Positions 19,112 through 27,921 of a stretch of 64,000 nucleotides of DNA are shown piece by piece. A program made the position numbers and the translations under genes. Origin of the DNA: Candidatus Limnocylindrales bacterium (GTDB lineage Bacteria > Moduliflexota > Moduliflexia > Moduliflexales > JAUQPW01); the NCBI GenBank assembly GCA_035559535.1, contig DATMBG010000037.1:1-64000 (forward strand), in the 5' to 3' direction. The stretch's first letter is position 1. Each line of letters opens with the position of its first letter. The notes beneath the pieces are model-generated. The model was not told where the DNA came from and searched no databases. It was given only the letters and a program-made list of their open reading frames with translations.

Positions 19112-20285
19112 TGATTTTACCCTCTAAGTTTTCATACTGGAAAAGTGGAAAACGGATACTAACCGTAGTCCCTTTTCCCTCTTTGCTAACCACTGTTATC
19201 GAACCATCATGTTCTCGGACAATGTTTTGAGCTATGGATAAACCCAGTCCGGTCCCCTTCCCGGACTCCTTAGTGGTATAAAATGGTTCAAAAATATGTG
19301 GAAGGTGTTTCTCGGGTATACCTATGCCGTTATCGGTTATGCTGATCTCAATCTGAGGGTTACCCTGAGCCTGGTGAAACCTGTTCTGAGCTAAGTCGAA
19401 GGATCTGTTTTGAGCAGGATCGAAGGAGGTTGAATTCACGAGCCTAGAGGCCACCCGAATTTCACCTCCATCAGGCATTGCGTCAATGGCATTCATGAGA
19501 ATCGCTGACAGCAAAGCTTCAATCTGGCTTCGATCTGCCAGGATCCTCTTACCTCGCAACTCACTCTCATCCAAAATAACATTGACCTTTCTAACCTTTA
19601 AAGTGGGCTTGAAGAACGTAATCACAGAATCCACCAACTCTCTAAGTTCCGTGCTTTTTTTCTCCATGCTCGTTCTACGTGCAAACTGAAGGAGCTTTTG
19701 AACAAACTCCTGACAAAATTTTATTCCCCCTTCCAGCCTGTCAAGCTCCGGTTGTAGTAGCGGATCTTGAAATCTTTCCTTTATCATCTGGACTCTAAGA
19801 AGCATTGAAGTTAAAGGAGTATTTAAGTGGTGGGCGGTTCCAGCAGCCATCTTACCCATGGAGGTGAGTTTTTCCATTTCAATCAACCATTGTCGTAGCT
19901 TGATCTTCTCGCGGATATCTTTGGCTACTTCTATGAAATAAGGTTTGTGAGTCTGGGGATCATGGAAATACGAGAGGTTGATGCTTACATCTATTTCCTC
20001 CCCATTCCTTGCCAGTCTCTTAGTTTCAAGATCGTATACCTTTTCACCATTTTTGACCCTATCCATGAGCATCTTAAACTCTTCTTCCCTGCCCCTGGGT
20101 ATCGTCTTTAACAACCTCCCAAGAACTTCCTTACGTCCATAACCGTAAAGTTTCTCTGCGGTTGGGTTCCACTCTATGATCCTTCTGTCTGGATTGAATA
20201 AAACTACTGCCTCGGCAGAGAGTACCAATAACGAACACGCCCCGCAGGTAGGAGCGAGTCTCGGCTCCTCAAACCTTCTTTTCAT
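19098..20285 (-). CDS. Cytoplasmic PAS sensor histidine kinase
   Basis: PAS WNPTAEKLYGY, H-box AHHLNTP, NAIDA, DNGIG, GTGLGL; no TM segment. Confidence 0.92.
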   Translation of the reverse strand: MKRRFEEPRLAPTCGACSLLVLSAEAVVLFNPDRRIIEWNPTAEKLYGYGRKEVLGRLLKTIPRGREEEFKMLMDRVKNGEKVYDLETKRLARNGEEIDVSINLSYFHDPQTHKPYFIEVAKDIREKIKLRQWLIEMEKLTSMGKMAAGTAHHLNTPLTSMLLRVQMIKERFQDPLLQPELDRLEGGIKFCQEFVQKLLQFARRTSMEKKSTELRELVDSVITFFKPTLKVRKVNVILDESELRGKRILADRSQIEALLSAILMNAIDAMPDGGEIRVASRLVNSTSFDPAQNRSFDLAQNRFHQAQGNPQIEISITDNGIGIPEKHLPHIFEPFYTTKESGKGTGLGLSIAQNIVREHDGSITVVSKEGKGTTVSIRFPLFQYENLEGKINGIA

Positions 20286-20472
20286 TCACTCTTATCTTCA
20301 GGCTGTACCAGGTCAAAACTGATTTTTAATCGTTCCAGTCCCCCGGCGAACTACTCTAATCCCCTTTATCAAGACCCTAAACCCAGCCTGCCTTTCCTCC
20401 TTCTAAAAGAATAACCTCTTCCTGTTCGCCCTTGGAAATGACTTTGATCCATGACTTTGATAGGAGAATATC

Positions 20473-20487
20473 GCAATGAATATGCCA
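20473..20487 (-). promoter_or_regulatory. sigma54 promoter of the kinase-regulator-nirK unit
   Basis: Minus strand TGGCATATTCATTGC. Confidence 0.75.
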
Positions 20488-20607
20488 GACTTTACAAAGT
20501 CTTGATATCTCCTTGCAAGATGCCATAGTGCAAATGATTATCAATATCCCATTAGGCTTAGGAAGAATATGTCGTACGCTTACCGAAAGGTAGGAATTCC
20601 AGGGGAT

Positions 20608-20682
20608 TGTCTTAAAATCTTACAATATTAATCCAAACTTAATAATCATAAAGTTTATCTAATATCGTCCGAAGTTAAGACA
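20608..20682 (-). promoter_or_regulatory. Paired enhancer-like boxes between divergent sigma54 promoters
   Basis: TGTCTTAAAATCTTACA (20608) and CGTCCGAAGTTAAGACA+AAAGACA (20666), 58 bp apart. Confidence 0.75.
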
Positions 20683-20814
20683 AAAGACAGATTCTCTGAA
20701 GGACCCGCCGGGTCCTTCACTGGTTTCTACCGTTCAGGCTATCATCCATCTGAGCGGCCTTTTCCGGTCATTTACAATAAGATTACCCCAGCTACCGAAA
20801 CGATTAAAAATTAC

Positions 20815-20830
20815 AGGCGTGCCTTTTGCA
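20815..20830 (+). promoter_or_regulatory. sigma54 promoter of the radical SAM gene
   Basis: AGGCGTGCCTTTTGCA, GG-N10-GC. Confidence 0.55.
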
Positions 20831-20917
20831 TACCCCAGAGGGTTAGGGTGACTGTCAACGTAGATTGCGGAAAAGGAGTTATTCAGGAAAATATCACAAA
20901 AGTGAAGAGATAACTTT

Positions 20918-22099
20918 ATGGATTTTAATGATCGTCCCTTTACAGTGGTGTGGGAAACGACAAGGGCCTGTGATCTGGCCTGTCTTCATTGTCGAGCCGA
21001 TGCGGTCGTCCAACGTAACCCTTTCGAACTTACAACCGAAGAAGCCTATCAACTCATCGGCATGATCAAGGAATTTAATCGGCCTTACCCCTTGTTCATT
21101 TTAACAGGAGGCGACCCCCTCAAACGGCCTGATATTTATGAAATTATTGCTTCGGCTACTCAGGAAGGTTTACGGGTTGCCATGACCCCTTCGGCAACTC
21201 CCCTGGTTACAAAGGATGTCATAAAACGCCTGGCTGAGGCTGGTCTAACTCGTCTTGCTTTGAGTCTGGATGGGAGTATGGCCGAAGTTCATGATGGATT
21301 CAGGGGTGTCTCCGGTTCTTTTGCCCATACCTTACATATCGTAGAATGGTGTCGAGAGTTTGGTATTGAAACCCAAATTCATACCACCGTTACCCGACAT
21401 AGCCTGGAAGACCTACCTCGTATTGTAGATAGGATTGCCCCATGGGGTATCAAGCTATGGGCTTTGTTCTTCTTAATTGCGACCGGACGTGCCGCCCGTC
21501 CTGAAATTCGAAAGCTCAATATTCGTGCCAATGACTTTGAACGGGTCTTCAACTGGCTTTACGATTTGAGTAAATCTGCCCCCTATGATATCACCCCTCG
21601 GGAGGGATACCATTACCGGCGGGTCCTGTTACAAAGGCGAGCTCAGGAAATGGGTATACCCGTAGAGAGGCTCCTTAAACAAATCTCCCAAAAGCCCACT
21701 ACGCCCGGGGAATTAGTGTCTGTCCTAAACCGACCTCAGATCCCTCGAGCCCCATTGGGGGTAAACGATGGAAAAGGAATTGTCTTCATCTCTCATACCG
21801 GAACTGTACAACCCAGTGGTTTTTTACCCCATGGGGGGGGTAATGTACGAAAAAACCCTCTGACTGAGATTTACCGTCACTCCCCCCTATTTACCCAAAT
21901 CCGAGATTACTCTCAACTCAAAGGTAAGTGCGGAGTGTGTGAGTTCAAGGATATATGTGGAGGGAGTCGGGCCCGTGCCTATGCGGTAACAGGAGATTAT
22001 ATGCAAAGCGATCCTTATTGTATCTATCGCCCTCAAAAACCCAAAGAGAGTAATAATGGTTCCTTAATTAGGTCTGGTCAGCCTCGGTCGGGCTTTTAG
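20918..22099 (+). CDS. Radical SAM/SPASM protein (NirJ/Ahb-related, TIGR04053-like)
   Basis: WETTRACDLACLHC, TGGDPL, C-terminal CGVCEFKDICGGSRARA...DPYC. Confidence 0.85.
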   Translation: MDFNDRPFTVVWETTRACDLACLHCRADAVVQRNPFELTTEEAYQLIGMIKEFNRPYPLFILTGGDPLKRPDIYEIIASATQEGLRVAMTPSATPLVTKDVIKRLAEAGLTRLALSLDGSMAEVHDGFRGVSGSFAHTLHIVEWCREFGIETQIHTTVTRHSLEDLPRIVDRIAPWGIKLWALFFLIATGRAARPEIRKLNIRANDFERVFNWLYDLSKSAPYDITPREGYHYRRVLLQRRAQEMGIPVERLLKQISQKPTTPGELVSVLNRPQIPRAPLGVNDGKGIVFISHTGTVQPSGFLPHGGGNVRKNPLTEIYRHSPLFTQIRDYSQLKGKCGVCEFKDICGGSRARAYAVTGDYMQSDPYCIYRPQKPKESNNGSLIRSGQPRSGF

Positions 22100-22254
22100 A
22101 AAATGTTCTATTAACTGGATTGAAGAGGTCGCATAACCTGCTGGGAGGAGAATATCTTTCTCACCCCCTCATCCTTTCCCCTCCTGTAGATGGGGAGGAT
22201 CTTGGTCAGATTTAATAGGATCAATGCCCGGTATTTGATGATTTTCTTACAAAT

Positions 22255-22271
22255 TGTATGATTTTAAGACA
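22255..22271 (+). promoter_or_regulatory. Single enhancer-like box
   Basis: TGTATGATTTTAAGACA; no partner at the usual spacing. Confidence 0.55.
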
Positions 22272-22419
22272 TATGATCTAAAATTGGTTGAAATAAACCA
22301 ACGGTTTATTTCAACCAATTTATTTACCCTTCTTCTCCCCTCTCTTATCCCTTCATCTTCCCTCGTAGAGACCCCATGTAGAGCGTCTTTTAAACACTTC
22401 TCATCCCTTTCTGTTCTGC

Positions 22420-22434
22420 TGGTATGGTTGTTGC
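22420..22434 (+). promoter_or_regulatory. sigma54 promoter of the TonB/PQQ operon
   Basis: TGGTATGGTTGTTGC. Confidence 0.6.
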
Positions 22435-22728
22435 TTTTCAGAAGGGAGGGATTTGCCTGCTTCATCTATGAGTCGCATAGGGCTAAGAGCAAGTCTCCCT
22501 TCCAGACTCGAGTCGTTTAGGGATCTTAGCGGATCTCCCTTCCAGACCATAGTAGATGAGAAGCACGTTTACATTTAAAGTGCCGAAATTTTCTACCAAG
22601 CTACGTTATACAACCAGGTTATAACCTTACCATTAACCAAATTTGTAAGGGTGTTCTATGCGATTACCCTTAAACGGGGCAGTTCCATGTAACTGTACTC
22701 TGAAGGGCAAACAAGTGAGGTCTCAAAG

Positions 22729-24810
22729 ATGAGGAAAAGTTTTTTTAATCCATGTATGCTATTTCTTCTGATTATGAGGATGGTTATGTTAGGGATGGAG
22801 CCCTTAAGGATTCAGGCAGTAGAAGCACCAAAAGAACCGACTAAACTGGAACCCGTTATCGTTACTTCGACACGAATCGAACAACCCCTGGTTAAAGTTC
22901 CCGCAGCGGTTGGAATTGTTGAAAAAGAGGATATTCAACTCGGTCAACAGACTGTGGGTTTAGAAGAATCTTTAGAAAAGATCCCAGGGCTCCTCTTTCA
23001 AAATCGGTTTAACTTTGCTCAGGATTTGCGAATTTCTATTCGGGGATTTGGAGCCCGGGCCGGATTCGGAATCCGTGGAATCAAGATCCTGTTAGATGGA
23101 ATTCCAGAAACTTTACCTGACGGTCAGGGTAACCTGGATAGCATTGACCTGGGTTCGGCTGAACGGATCGAGGTTATTCGAGGTCCTGTTTCTTCCCTCT
23201 ATGGAAATGCATCGGGAGGCGTAATTAGTGTCTTTACAGAAAGTGGACCGGAGCAACCGTTTCTAGAAAGTCGGGCCTCATTGGGAGAATTTGGCTTTCA
23301 ACAATATCGATTGAAATCTGGAGGTGAGTGGGGGCCCATGAATTATTTGGTGAATTTAACCCGCCTGGAACTGGATGGATGGAGAGAGCATAGTGGAACG
23401 GAGAATACATTATTTAACAGTAAATTTCAGTTTACCCTTAACGAGGCTTCCAACTTAACAGCACTGGTTAATTTTGTTGATACGACTTCAGATAGCCCGG
23501 GCGGCCTGACCCAGGCTCAGGTTGACTCAGATCGCCGGCAGGCCAGTAGCCGTAATCTGCAATTTGATGCCGGAGAAGAAGTAAACCAGGAACGGGTAGG
23601 TATGGTCTACCGAAACCAGTTTACTCCAAACCATGAACTTACAGCCACTACCTATTATACTTCCCGATCTTTGGATAGTAACCTTCCATTTCAGAGCGGA
23701 GGGGCTGTAGATCTGGAACGATTTGTGGTGGGAGGGGGAGTCAAATACATTTACTCCCGTCAGATCTTCGGTAAACAAAATCGGCTGGTAGTTGGGATAG
23801 ACCTGGAGCATCAAAATGACGATCGTCAGCGGTTTAACAATGACAATGGAAAGCGTGGCAGTTTAACCTTTGACCAAACCGAAAAGGTTAGTACGGTGGG
23901 ACCCTTTGTCCAAAACGAGTTTAGTTTCCTGGAAAATCTGACTTTAACCTTAGGAGGCCGTTATGATCGGGTTCAATTTGAGGTGGACGATCATTTCCTG
24001 TCCGATGGGGACGACTCTGGGGATCGGACTCTGGATAAATTCAGTCCCAGGGTTGGGTTACTTTACAGTTGGTCTCCATCCTTCAATTTGTATGGAAACA
24101 TCTCAACTACCTTTGAAACTCCAACTACCACAGAATTTGCCAACCCTTCAGGAGCCGGGGGGTTTAATCCGAACCTGGAACCGATGACCGCAGTCAATTA
24201 CGAAGTAGGGGTTAAAGGGGACTTCAAAGGAAAGTTACGTTACGAACTGGCCGCGTTTACCGTTCGAGCTAAGGATGAACTGATTCCCTTTCAATTACCG
24301 GACTTTCCAGGTCGTACCTTTTATCAGAATGCAGGAAAATCGACACGGAATGGAATGGAATTAGGTCTCAAGGCAGAACTCCTTAAAGGTCTCACCCTCA
24401 CCGGAGCTTATACCTATTCAGACTTCTTTTTCGAAGAATTTCAGACAGCAGAGGGGGTATTCGATGGCAATCGAATCCCGGGAATCCCTAGAAATCAGAT
24501 ATATGGAGAAATTGCTTATTTTCATCCTTCAGGGTTATACGGGGTTTGGAACGTTTTATTTGTAGATGAAGTTTTTGCAGACAATGCTAACACGGTAAAG
24601 AGTGATGCCTATACGCTTTCCGATTTACGCCTGGGATACACGAAGCACTCTGGGAATTGGGAGTTCTCTCCTTTTATTGGACTGAACAATTTATTTGATG
24701 AGGAATATAACGCCAATGTGATCATTAACGCCGGAGGGGGGAGGTTTTTCGAACCGGCACCGGGTTTCAACGTATATGGGGGAATCCAGCTAGGTTATTC
24801 TTTCTTCTAA
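22729..24810 (+). CDS. TonB-dependent receptor, YncD/PqqU-like
   Basis: Plug QNRFNFAQDLRISIRGFGARAGFGIRGI...DGIP.T.PDGQG resembles YncD/PqqU; C-terminal Phe. Confidence 0.8.
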   Translation: MRKSFFNPCMLFLLIMRMVMLGMEPLRIQAVEAPKEPTKLEPVIVTSTRIEQPLVKVPAAVGIVEKEDIQLGQQTVGLEESLEKIPGLLFQNRFNFAQDLRISIRGFGARAGFGIRGIKILLDGIPETLPDGQGNLDSIDLGSAERIEVIRGPVSSLYGNASGGVISVFTESGPEQPFLESRASLGEFGFQQYRLKSGGEWGPMNYLVNLTRLELDGWREHSGTENTLFNSKFQFTLNEASNLTALVNFVDTTSDSPGGLTQAQVDSDRRQASSRNLQFDAGEEVNQERVGMVYRNQFTPNHELTATTYYTSRSLDSNLPFQSGGAVDLERFVVGGGVKYIYSRQIFGKQNRLVVGIDLEHQNDDRQRFNNDNGKRGSLTFDQTEKVSTVGPFVQNEFSFLENLTLTLGGRYDRVQFEVDDHFLSDGDDSGDRTLDKFSPRVGLLYSWSPSFNLYGNISTTFETPTTTEFANPSGAGGFNPNLEPMTAVNYEVGVKGDFKGKLRYELAAFTVRAKDELIPFQLPDFPGRTFYQNAGKSTRNGMELGLKAELLKGLTLTGAYTYSDFFFEEFQTAEGVFDGNRIPGIPRNQIYGEIAYFHPSGLYGVWNVLFVDEVFADNANTVKSDAYTLSDLRLGYTKHSGNWEFSPFIGLNNLFDEEYNANVIINAGGGRFFEPAPGFNVYGGIQLGYSFF

Positions 24811-24860
24811 TTGTTTCAAACTATAGCTGACCCATTCCTGCTTATAAGGAGGCGAGAAAT

Positions 24861-26684
24861 ATGATGAGAAAGCTTGGTTATCTGGCAGTTATCCTGATTA
24901 GCTTAATCAGCTTACAATTATTCCAAAGCGCTCAAGGCGAAGAAGTAACCGATGACCGCTTATTAAATGCCTATCAGGATAAAAAAAATTGGCTCCTGTA
25001 CGGGCGGGACTATGCGAATCAGCGATATAGTCCCCTCGATCAGATCCATGTCCATAATGTTAAAGACCTGACTCTCCGATGGATCTATCAGACAGGGAAG
25101 GTAGGATCTTTTCAGACCAATCCCCTGGTGGTGGATGGGGTGATGTATATTACCACCCCTTATAATCACGTTATTGCCTTAGATGCCCGAACCGGCAAGC
25201 AAATCTGGCGGTATGAGCATAAACTTCGCACGGAGAAGTTCTGTTGCGGACCTGCTAATCGGGGAGCTGCTGTAGGTTATGGGAAGGTATACATGGCGAC
25301 CATCGATGCCCGATTGGTTGCCCTGGATCAAAAGACTGGTAAGGTCATATGGGATGTGGAAATCACATACCCTGGAGAGAGAAAGAGTGAGGTGCCAGAG
25401 CCCTTGCTGAGAGACAAAGAGTTACAGGGAGGAACCATTATAGGAGCTACAGGATACAGTGCCAATATAGCCCCTTTGGTCTATAAGGGGAAGGTCATTA
25501 TAGGGACCACAGGTGCCGGCTATGGCTTACATCTCAAGCTCAAAGAAGGGGATCAAACTATCATTTCGGTGGGTGGGCTCTCAGGAGGAGATCACGGCTC
25601 TCGCGGTCTCATAGTTGCCTATGATGCCCAAAGCGGAAAGGAGATTTGGAGGTGGTATAGTGTTCCAGAAAAGGGCTGGGAAGGGGAGTGGCGAACTACA
25701 ACACCGGATGGTTATGATCTCCACCGGGATATTGAAGCAGAAAAGGAAGCGTTTCCAAAATACCCGGATGCCTGGAAGGTGGGGGGAGGTTCCATCTGGT
25801 CGAGTCCTGTGGTAGATCCAGAATTGGGCCTGCTCTATGTGGGAACCGGAAACCCTTCTCCTCAGATGGATGACACAACCCGTCCTGGAGATAATCTTTA
25901 TACCGTGAGCTTGGTAGCTCTGGATGTGGAAACGGGTTTACTCAAATGGTATTATCAGCAGGTCCCCCACGACCGTTGGGATTACGATGTAGCCAGTCCT
26001 CCTATATTGTTGGAGGTAACAATAAACGGACAAAAAATCAAGGCCGTTGGGCAGGCAAGTAAGCTAGGGTGGTTTTATATCCACGATCGACAGACGGGCA
26101 AGCTCTTGCTGAAATCAGAACCTTTTTTACCCCAAGAGAACTTGTTTGCTAAACCTACCCCCCAAGGGGTCCGCATTACACCCGCCGGTGCTGAAGGTGC
26201 CACCTGGTCCCCGGTGGCCTATAGTCCTCAAACGGAGGCGGTTTATATTTCTGCCGTCCGGATACCTTCCCGATTTATTTCCAGGACCCTAATACCTGAA
26301 GAAGGCAAACCCTGGAAAAGCTATACGTTCTTTATCCCTACTCAAGAGGAGCGCTCAGGTACCTTCACAGCCATTCATACTTCCACCGGGAAGATTCTGT
26401 GGCAGAAAAAAACCGAGCAACCTATGGTAGGTGGAGCTCTGGCAACGGCGGGTGGTTTGGTCTTTACGGGCGAAGGAAATGGATATTTTGACGCTTTTGA
26501 TGCCAGGACCGGAGAGCTCCTCTGGAGGTTTCAGTGTGGGGCCGGTGTAAACGCTCCACCTATTTCCTATGAGATAGATGGAGTTCAATATATTGCTGTT
26601 GCCGCCGGAGGAAATACCCTTATGGGATCTCCCCTGGGGGATGATATCCTGGTTTTTGCCCTCCCGGAGAGGAATGAAAGGTAG
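24861..26684 (+). CDS. Periplasmic PQQ-dependent dehydrogenase (alcohol dehydrogenase family)
   Basis: Signal peptide, RYSPLDQI, vicinal CC in CCGPANRG, GNP, PHDRWDYD, Trp-docking repeats. Confidence 0.88.
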   Translation: MMRKLGYLAVILISLISLQLFQSAQGEEVTDDRLLNAYQDKKNWLLYGRDYANQRYSPLDQIHVHNVKDLTLRWIYQTGKVGSFQTNPLVVDGVMYITTPYNHVIALDARTGKQIWRYEHKLRTEKFCCGPANRGAAVGYGKVYMATIDARLVALDQKTGKVIWDVEITYPGERKSEVPEPLLRDKELQGGTIIGATGYSANIAPLVYKGKVIIGTTGAGYGLHLKLKEGDQTIISVGGLSGGDHGSRGLIVAYDAQSGKEIWRWYSVPEKGWEGEWRTTTPDGYDLHRDIEAEKEAFPKYPDAWKVGGGSIWSSPVVDPELGLLYVGTGNPSPQMDDTTRPGDNLYTVSLVALDVETGLLKWYYQQVPHDRWDYDVASPPILLEVTINGQKIKAVGQASKLGWFYIHDRQTGKLLLKSEPFLPQENLFAKPTPQGVRITPAGAEGATWSPVAYSPQTEAVYISAVRIPSRFISRTLIPEEGKPWKSYTFFIPTQEERSGTFTAIHTSTGKILWQKKTEQPMVGGALATAGGLVFTGEGNGYFDAFDARTGELLWRFQCGAGVNAPPISYEIDGVQYIAVAAGGNTLMGSPLGDDILVFALPERNER

Positions 26685-26835
26685 GAGATCAGGAACCAGA
26701 CCGAGATCGAAAAGATTCTGGAGTTGAGCCAGATGAGCTGTACCTGAGAATTAATGGCTTCTAGGGTTTTAGGAAGTAGGGTCTGGGATCCAGGGTCAAG
26801 TACCTTAGAGACCCTAAACCCTCAACTTTGGTAAG

Positions 26836-27534
26836 ATGATGGACTTTATAATACACGGAAATGGTTTAATTGAATTGATCATAAAAGGCGGGATCTTAAT
26901 GATTCCTATCGGGTTATGTTCTATCCTGGTTGTTGCCATTGTTCTTGAACGGATGTATCGATTTCACCGGGCCAGAAGTTATTCTGAGGATTTGGTTCCT
27001 AAACTGAGGGATTTAATCGCTGCGGATAAATTCGAAGAGGCTATAAGATTATGCCAAAAATCTCGAGGTATTGTAGCCCGGGTTCTTGAAGAGGTAATCC
27101 ATAACCGTCACCGATCCGTTGAAGATATCGAAACAAGGATCTCAGTCCTCGGATCTTGGTACTTAAGAGACCTATCCCGGTACCTTCGAGGGCTGGAAGT
27201 TATTGGGAATATAACCCCGTTAATGGGCCTATTGGGAACCGTGTTTGGTATGATCAAAGCCTTTATGAAGGTAGCCGAGTTAAGCGAAAAGGTAAATCCC
27301 AGTGTTCTGGCGAGTGGTATCTGGGAGGCTTTGTTAACCACGGCTGCTGGCTTGATTGTAGCTATTCCAGCTTTACTGGCTTATCATTATTTTGAGGGAA
27401 GAGTTGATGAATATGCATTTCGTATGCAAAACTATAGCATGGACTTACTACAAACCTTGAAAGGACAGGAGTATGATCAAGTTTACCAGGAGAAAGCGGG
27501 TCGAAAACAGCCTGAATATGGCTCCTTTGATTGA
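26836..27534 (+). CDS. exbB: MotA/TolQ/ExbB proton channel
   Basis: PLMGLLGTVFGMI, GIWEALLTTAAGLIVAIP. Confidence 0.9.
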   Translation: MMDFIIHGNGLIELIIKGGILMIPIGLCSILVVAIVLERMYRFHRARSYSEDLVPKLRDLIAADKFEEAIRLCQKSRGIVARVLEEVIHNRHRSVEDIETRISVLGSWYLRDLSRYLRGLEVIGNITPLMGLLGTVFGMIKAFMKVAELSEKVNPSVLASGIWEALLTTAAGLIVAIPALLAYHYFEGRVDEYAFRMQNYSMDLLQTLKGQEYDQVYQEKAGRKQPEYGSFD

Positions 27535-27892
27535 CATGGTATTCCTCTTGCTGATCTTTTTTCTTCTGACTTCCACTTTTATGCGCCTTGATCCGGGTCT
27601 GGAAGTAAACCTGCCAGAAGCTCAATCTTCCCATGTACAGGAAGCAGAAGAACCTGTTGTGATCTATTTGACCAAAGATAACCAATTATTTCTGAACGCT
27701 AAACCGATTTCCTGGGAGGATTTGAAGACGTATCTCCAGAAGAGCTTAGCCGATAAACCGAATAACGCTGTGGTCCTTAAAGCCGATGCAGGGGTACCTT
27801 TTGGGCTCTTCGTTAAAGTGATGGACATCTCGAGGCAAGCTGGTGTCTTGGATTTAACTGTTTCCACCCGTATTCCTCAGGGATTTCATTAA
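27473..27892 (+). CDS. exbD: ExbD/TolR
   Basis: NMAPLIDMVFLLLIFFLLT, LKADAGV. Confidence 0.9.
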   Translation: MIKFTRRKRVENSLNMAPLIDMVFLLLIFFLLTSTFMRLDPGLEVNLPEAQSSHVQEAEEPVVIYLTKDNQLFLNAKPISWEDLKTYLQKSLADKPNNAVVLKADAGVPFGLFVKVMDISRQAGVLDLTVSTRIPQGFH

Positions 27893-27921
27893 TTCTTTTT
27901 TGGAGATTTGGTACAACTCCT

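Noticed and set aside
20438-20461. Tandem ATGACTTTGAT direct repeat in the kinase leader
   Set aside because: It is a single occurrence with no second example to support a binding site.
27473-27534. 62-nt exbB/exbD overlap (and the roughly 77-nt nosF/nosL overlap at 49012..49088)
   Set aside because: The overlapping tails are short and non-conserved-looking; both partners are intact, so there is no evidence of frameshifting.
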